NCBI GenBank assembly: GCA_009903795.1
Contig: WYER01000019.1
Location: 9,395-73,394 of the forward strand
DNA length: 64,000 nt
Direction: 5' to 3'
DNA from: Nitrososphaerota archaeon
GTDB taxonomy: Archaea > Thermoproteota > Nitrososphaeria > Conexivisphaerales > UBA164
A model generated the notes under the pieces. The model saw nothing but the letters and a program-made list of their open reading frames with translations. It was not told the DNA's origin and made no database searches. Within the stretch, counting starts at the first letter, position 1, and each line of letters starts with the position of its first letter. A program made the position numbers and the translations under genes. Shown here piece after piece: positions 59,614 through 64,000 of the stretch.

Positions 59614-60335
59614 AGAATTATGCGATAATTTTTGACCCAAGGCTCAAAAAATTAGCTTCTTCTCTATCAAAAATTAGTGAAGCACCAGCATATCAGGCAG
59701 GAACTAATGTAATTTACGATAGGTATATGGTGCTTTGGAGTTACAGGACAAACTATGAACAAGAGAGAATAAAACTTCAGAGAATTTTAAAAGAACTGAA
59801 CGATTTGGGTTACATAGAAGTACTGCTTTTGCTCCCAGCGCCATATCAAAAGGGAGGAGATCAATCAAAATTTATGGAAGAAATGGCCGCGTTTGATTTT
59901 GTTGGCAGAATAATATTTTTCGACTTGACACCAGTTAGCAAGATAGGGCTTACGCCGAGACCTTCAGTTAACCTTTCTGCTATACCAACTCTTATCAAGT
60001 TTCTAAAAGAAAACGGTATAAAAACAAGGGTCATGACTTTTAATTCAGAACTTACGACTCAGGCGAAGATAATAGAAAATTCTGTGGGAAAAAGCGAAGA
60101 TTTTGTTATGCTGATAGATAACTACGTAGATGATCCTGAAAAATACATTCCTATACTCGAGACCTACAAGGAAAAAGGAATAAAAACATATCTTTTTTCC
60201 ACTTTTTTTGCATTATCACCAGAACCGATAAGCGGCATGACTCAAGTCATTACAACTAACGCTATACCATGGGATGGAGCCATAATTCTTGATATATCAT
60301 CTTCAATAGCTGAATTTGTTGATGCTGTAAGTTGA
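59610..60335 (+). CDS. Degenerate ribose-phosphate pyrophosphokinase (PRS)-like protein, predicted inactive
   Basis: Collinear with archaeal PRS (ELNDLG..V..LLP, NLSAIPTL, VITTNAIP, LDISSSIAEF); MLIDNYVDDPEK replaces IIDDIISTGGT; no RQDR; catalytic loop missing. Confidence 0.65.
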   Translation: MKNYAIIFDPRLKKLASSLSKISEAPAYQAGTNVIYDRYMVLWSYRTNYEQERIKLQRILKELNDLGYIEVLLLLPAPYQKGGDQSKFMEEMAAFDFVGRIIFFDLTPVSKIGLTPRPSVNLSAIPTLIKFLKENGIKTRVMTFNSELTTQAKIIENSVGKSEDFVMLIDNYVDDPEKYIPILETYKEKGIKTYLFSTFFALSPEPISGMTQVITTNAIPWDGAIILDISSSIAEFVDAVS

Positions 60336-61210
60336 GATGCGCAATAGCTGTCGATGTAGGAGCTACGAACTTAAGGCTGGCAACTTTCACAGGTAAGGAG
60401 CTTAAGGATAGGGTTTCTTTTAAACTGCAAGGTTCTGTTAACCCGTTGAACTATATAATCGGTTACCTTGAAAAGTTTTCAAAATCATGCAACTATATCG
60501 GCATAGCCAGTGCTGGACCAATGAATTTAAAAAAGGCTACGGTTACTTTAATAAACTATAACAATTTAACAATTAATTACTTAGATTCTTTAAAAGGATA
60601 CGGCAAGGTTTACATAACCAACGACTGCATAGCAGGCATTTTGGCTGAAAAAAAGTTTGGAGAAGCAAAATGGGCAGAAAACGCAGTTTACCTTACGTTC
60701 AGCAGCGGCATAGGGGCTGGCGTTATGGTGGACGGCCACATATTGATAGGTAAAGATGGAAACGCACACGAAGTAGGACACATTGTGTTGAATTATGAAG
60801 ATAGTATTGAATGCGGATGCGGAAAAACGGGTCATTGGGAAGCTTTTTGCGGCGGAAAGTCCATGCCGAAATTTTTTCAAAAAACAACAGGTAAAATTGT
60901 TAATAGCCCTGAAGAAATTTTTAAGTTGTACTACGATGGCAATCAGAAGGCTGCAGAGTTTATAGAAAAATGCATGAACATAAACGCAGCAGGATTGGCC
61001 AGTATTATAAACGTTTATGATCCAGAAGTTATTGTATTAAGTGGCAGTGTTTACCTTCATAACGAAGAACTTTTCTTAAAAAAACTTCCGCAACTTACAA
61101 AAAAATACGTGATGAACAGAATGCCAGCTATTAAAACAGCGACTCTCAGGGAAGATGCTGTTATAGTCGGAGCCGGCATTTTGGCATTTTTAAACGGTAA
61201 GCTTCCTTAA
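60332..61210 (+). CDS. ROK-family sugar kinase (glucokinase-like)
   Basis: AVDVGATN, NDCIAG, GIGAG, EVGH, CGCGKTGHWEA. Confidence 0.9.
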   Translation: MRCAIAVDVGATNLRLATFTGKELKDRVSFKLQGSVNPLNYIIGYLEKFSKSCNYIGIASAGPMNLKKATVTLINYNNLTINYLDSLKGYGKVYITNDCIAGILAEKKFGEAKWAENAVYLTFSSGIGAGVMVDGHILIGKDGNAHEVGHIVLNYEDSIECGCGKTGHWEAFCGGKSMPKFFQKTTGKIVNSPEEIFKLYYDGNQKAAEFIEKCMNINAAGLASIINVYDPEVIVLSGSVYLHNEELFLKKLPQLTKKYVMNRMPAIKTATLREDAVIVGAGILAFLNGKLP

Positions 61211-61214
61211 GAAT

Positions 61215-61745
61215 CTAACCTATTTCGCTTATCCCTTTTGATGCCGTTGAGTTACAAAGATCATTAACAAGCTCTTCAACGCTATCGTAAAATCTGAGTC
61301 TTCCATTTTTTCTTTGATCAGGAAACTCCCCCAAATTTTCTAGCTTGTCTGAAGGCATTCCATTGCCTTTTAAAACAAATACTTCCTTTCCCATAGCATA
61401 ACCCATAAGCGCTTCAATCATAGTTCCCGCACTACCTCCAAGCGCTATCAAAAAATCTGAAGATCTGACCAAAGGCACAGACCTAGCCCTGTACTCTTCA
61501 CCAGTTTTTATCAAATAGACGCCTTTAGGAACTTTTACGTTTTCGTTTTCAATCGGAAGCAAAAGTAAAGCTGTTAAATTAAGTTTGGAAGCTTGATCCA
61601 CCACTGTCTTCATTAGACCCCAGTATCCCCCTAAGAGCAAAACTGGATCTTCACAATGTTTCTTTATAAGTTCCAAGAGTTTTTGCGTTTCTTTAATGAG
61701 CTTTTCTGGGACGTCTCCACTATGAGCGGCTATCCCTATTTGCAT
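61215..61745 (-). CDS. LOG / Rossmann-fold nucleotide-binding family protein
   Basis: LLGGYWGLMK, RSVPLVRSSD..IALGGSAGT..E. Confidence 0.8.
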   Translation of the reverse strand: MQIGIAAHSGDVPEKLIKETQKLLELIKKHCEDPVLLLGGYWGLMKTVVDQASKLNLTALLLLPIENENVKVPKGVYLIKTGEEYRARSVPLVRSSDFLIALGGSAGTMIEALMGYAMGKEVFVLKGNGMPSDKLENLGEFPDQRKNGRLRFYDSVEELVNDLCNSTASKGISEIG

Positions 61746-61822
61746 GATCTAATAGGTCATCAGCTGTTTTATAAAATTACCTCAAGACGGTTTTTAACAA
61801 AAGGTTATTGATTCAAAACTGT

Positions 61823-62548
61823 TCAAACAGTTTTTTTATTTTCCTCGTTTTTATTTTTGTTTTTATTAATACTTTCTATTACGAGCGGTGCTACTTCTTC
61901 AAAAGCGTACCTTACTATATCATCAACCGTTCCTCTTGAAAACATTGTTATAACACAATTTCTGGTTAAACCTATTATTTGCGATATGCTTTTAGCTCTT
62001 ACTACTATATACCATAAAAGTCCGTGTTCTTGGTACATTTTAAAAAGATCTGTCTGGGAAAGCGCATCCCCATAAAGGGCAAGGACGTTTACGTTTGGTA
62101 TGTCTATCTGATCAAAGTACGCAACCCTCGTTTCTTCGAGGCTTTTATTATAGTAATCTAGGAATATGTTAGGGTCTATTCTTGCTTCAACTACATACCC
62201 TGGCCTAATAAACACTGCTTTGCTAAATTCGTTTGCCAAATAATTGGCAAAAGGCTTTTTAGCAAGTATGAAAAGGAAATAGTAACCTCCTATGTTTTTC
62301 ACGAAAAACTGAACCTTCAGCGTTGAAACCTCGGGTTTGTACCCCTCTTTTGTTCCTACTTTTATAACTTTATCATAGTAGATCGTGCCGTTAAGGGATG
62401 ATTCATCATATCCGTTTACAGAAAATTCAAAATTTAACTGGGCGTGCGTTTCTTCGTCTTCTCTTGTTATTTTAAAGCTCGCTAGCTTCTCCGCTATAAA
62501 TGCAATGCTCTGTTCTGTGTTTATTCTAAACAGCTTTCCTGCTAACAT
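61823..62548 (-). CDS. Conserved archaeal hypothetical protein
   Basis: FDQIDIPNV..LALYG, WYIV, GLTRNCVITMFS resemble a TACK-conserved uncharacterised family I recall; in operon with the PAC2 gene. Confidence 0.7.
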   Translation of the reverse strand: MLAGKLFRINTEQSIAFIAEKLASFKITREDEETHAQLNFEFSVNGYDESSLNGTIYYDKVIKVGTKEGYKPEVSTLKVQFFVKNIGGYYFLFILAKKPFANYLANEFSKAVFIRPGYVVEARIDPNIFLDYYNKSLEETRVAYFDQIDIPNVNVLALYGDALSQTDLFKMYQEHGLLWYIVVRAKSISQIIGLTRNCVITMFSRGTVDDIVRYAFEEVAPLVIESINKNKNKNEENKKTV

Positions 62549-62570
62549 TTTTATGTTTATTATTTCTTTT

Positions 62571-63296
62571 TTAGGTATATATGTTTGTGGGTGGCTTAAA
62601 TTCCTGTTGTGATGTTTCTTTTGCTAGTTCTGCTTCAATTGTTTCTGCTCCTTTTATAAGTGGAGTGACATCTACTTCAAAGCCATAATATTTTGACAGC
62701 GTTTCAACAGCAACGCTTGCAGCTCTAGGATCTACTCTATCAGGAGAAGCATAAGCAAGAAGAGCTATTGCTGGAAAGTTTTTTATCTCGAAATAATTCA
62801 AGAGTATAGCTACTGGTCCAACTATGATATGTTCATCTTCCAAAGGCTTAGCCTCAGAAAGTATTCCCCTGAGCTTATATGCGCTTGTTGCTGCAATTCT
62901 GTACCTGCTGTCATCTGTCCTTAAGGTGGAATCTAACCCCCCAACGAGGAATACCTCTTTAACGCCTTTTTTGATTATCTGATCCGCAAAGCTTCTGTAA
63001 AACTTTAATTCTTTATCTTTCTGTATTGGAACGTCAACCTTAAATATTGCTATGTTTTCATACACAAAAATTTCATAAGGCGTGCTTATCATGCCGTTGA
63101 GCAAGGTAGAAACCGGTGCGGAATCTTCGTAATCAACTATGCAACACCTCTTTACGGGAAGCTTTTGAACGAGATACTTTACAGTCCAGTAACCAGTTGC
63201 GCCTATACCATGAAATCCGCTTATTAAAATTTTACCCTTTAACGATGCATTCTTCGGGTATATAGAGACGTAACTTTTATAACTCAACTTTTTCAC
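62571..63296 (-). CDS. PAC2-family proteasome assembly chaperone
   Basis: LISGFHGIGATG, LVGGLD, IVGPVAILL, VDPRAAS, VDVTPL. Confidence 0.85.
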   Translation of the reverse strand: MKKLSYKSYVSIYPKNASLKGKILISGFHGIGATGYWTVKYLVQKLPVKRCCIVDYEDSAPVSTLLNGMISTPYEIFVYENIAIFKVDVPIQKDKELKFYRSFADQIIKKGVKEVFLVGGLDSTLRTDDSRYRIAATSAYKLRGILSEAKPLEDEHIIVGPVAILLNYFEIKNFPAIALLAYASPDRVDPRAASVAVETLSKYYGFEVDVTPLIKGAETIEAELAKETSQQEFKPPTNIYT

Positions 63297-63326
63297 CTAA
63301 TCAGCTCAGTTTAGCTATGCTTCTTA

Positions 63327-63659
63327 TTAACTTTTTCCCTTAACTTCTTCTTCATATTTTCTTAACACAAGCTCTTCGACTTTCATAAAATATATTTGAG
63401 TTGGCTTTGGCATCTTGCTAAGATTTTTTTCAACCGCTGCTATGAAATATTTAATAGCCCTTTTGCTTACCTTAATGTTAAACTTCATAGGTAATATTGG
63501 ATCCTGTTCGATCTCAAGCTTATCCTTCAGTTCGTCTGGTGCAATCTTGATATAATCTTCCTTAATTATGTTATACCACTCAGAGAGAACTTGAGGTGTA
63601 AGACTCTCCTTCTGCTCTATTATGTACTGGGCTAACTTAAATACTATATCTTCGCTCAC
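63327..63659 (-). CDS. Conserved archaeal hypothetical protein
   Basis: 110-aa ORF with normal codon usage, TATA-like TTTAAATA upstream, heads the PAC2 operon. Confidence 0.65.
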   Translation of the reverse strand: MSEDIVFKLAQYIIEQKESLTPQVLSEWYNIIKEDYIKIAPDELKDKLEIEQDPILPMKFNIKVSKRAIKYFIAAVEKNLSKMPKPTQIYFMKVEELVLRKYEEEVKGKS

Positions 63660-64000
63660 TTTCCTGATTATAATAAGGCAAATCTATTTAAACAAATAAA
63701 AGACAATTTTTTTAAACTTAAAGTTTAGATAAATATACAAAAGCATTTTCATGAGATACTTGCCATTACGAACGTGGTCTTTTCCGAATAGATTATGCTC
63801 AGCTAGTATCCCGTCAATTCACTGCCCTGTCACCAGCGTTTAGGCTGTATCCCACAGGTAAATTCTTATTTATCGCTAATTTCACTCGATCATGGTGCTG
63901 ATCATATTTAAGGAATTGCTAAGTACTATGTCTAGGTTTGAGAGACCATCAAATGCTTATGCCATAATAGGATGCACTGTTTATTATGTCATTCTTGAGC

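Noticed and set aside
1-64000. CRISPR array, cas genes, rRNA, RNase P RNA, SRP RNA
   Set aside because: No regularly spaced repeats or recognisable conserved RNA signatures were seen by eye
63740-64000. Non-coding tail with a short GGTCT/AGACC inverted match
   Set aside because: No ncRNA consensus recognised; more likely pseudogene debris cut by the window edge

Overview
Archaeal chromosomal segment, AT-rich, with no rRNA and no CRISPR array. An unsplit RNA polymerase A subunit (1247 aa), an unsplit RpoB and several conserved hypothetical proteins suggest a Nitrososphaerota/TACK archaeon, probably a basal non-ammonia-oxidising lineage (Conexivisphaerales-like; this is inference). Core blocks: elp3-yjjX-hppA; DUF47-endA plus a tight three-tRNA array; the rpoH-rpoB-rpoA-L30e-nusA-S12-S7-PINA operon; L7Ae-S28e-L24e-ndk; L1-L10; S8e; and lipid genes (GGR-like, Grs-like radical SAM, class II HMG-CoA reductase, UbiD plus DUF126). 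Metabolic block: OFA-type MFS, malate synthase, GlcD/GlcF and malic enzyme. Three decayed accessory patches lie next to tRNA genes and hold tnpB IS200/IS605 remnants, an IS481 remnant, a 152-bp MITE, a tandem MutS-like ATPase pair and pseudogenes. The most interesting candidates are two apparent pseudoenzymes: a wHTH + ATP-cone + catalytically dead class III RNR fusion (possible nucleotide-sensing regulator) and a catalytically dead PRPP-synthetase paralogue coupled to a ROK kinase. All calls come from motif recognition by eye; no database searches were run.
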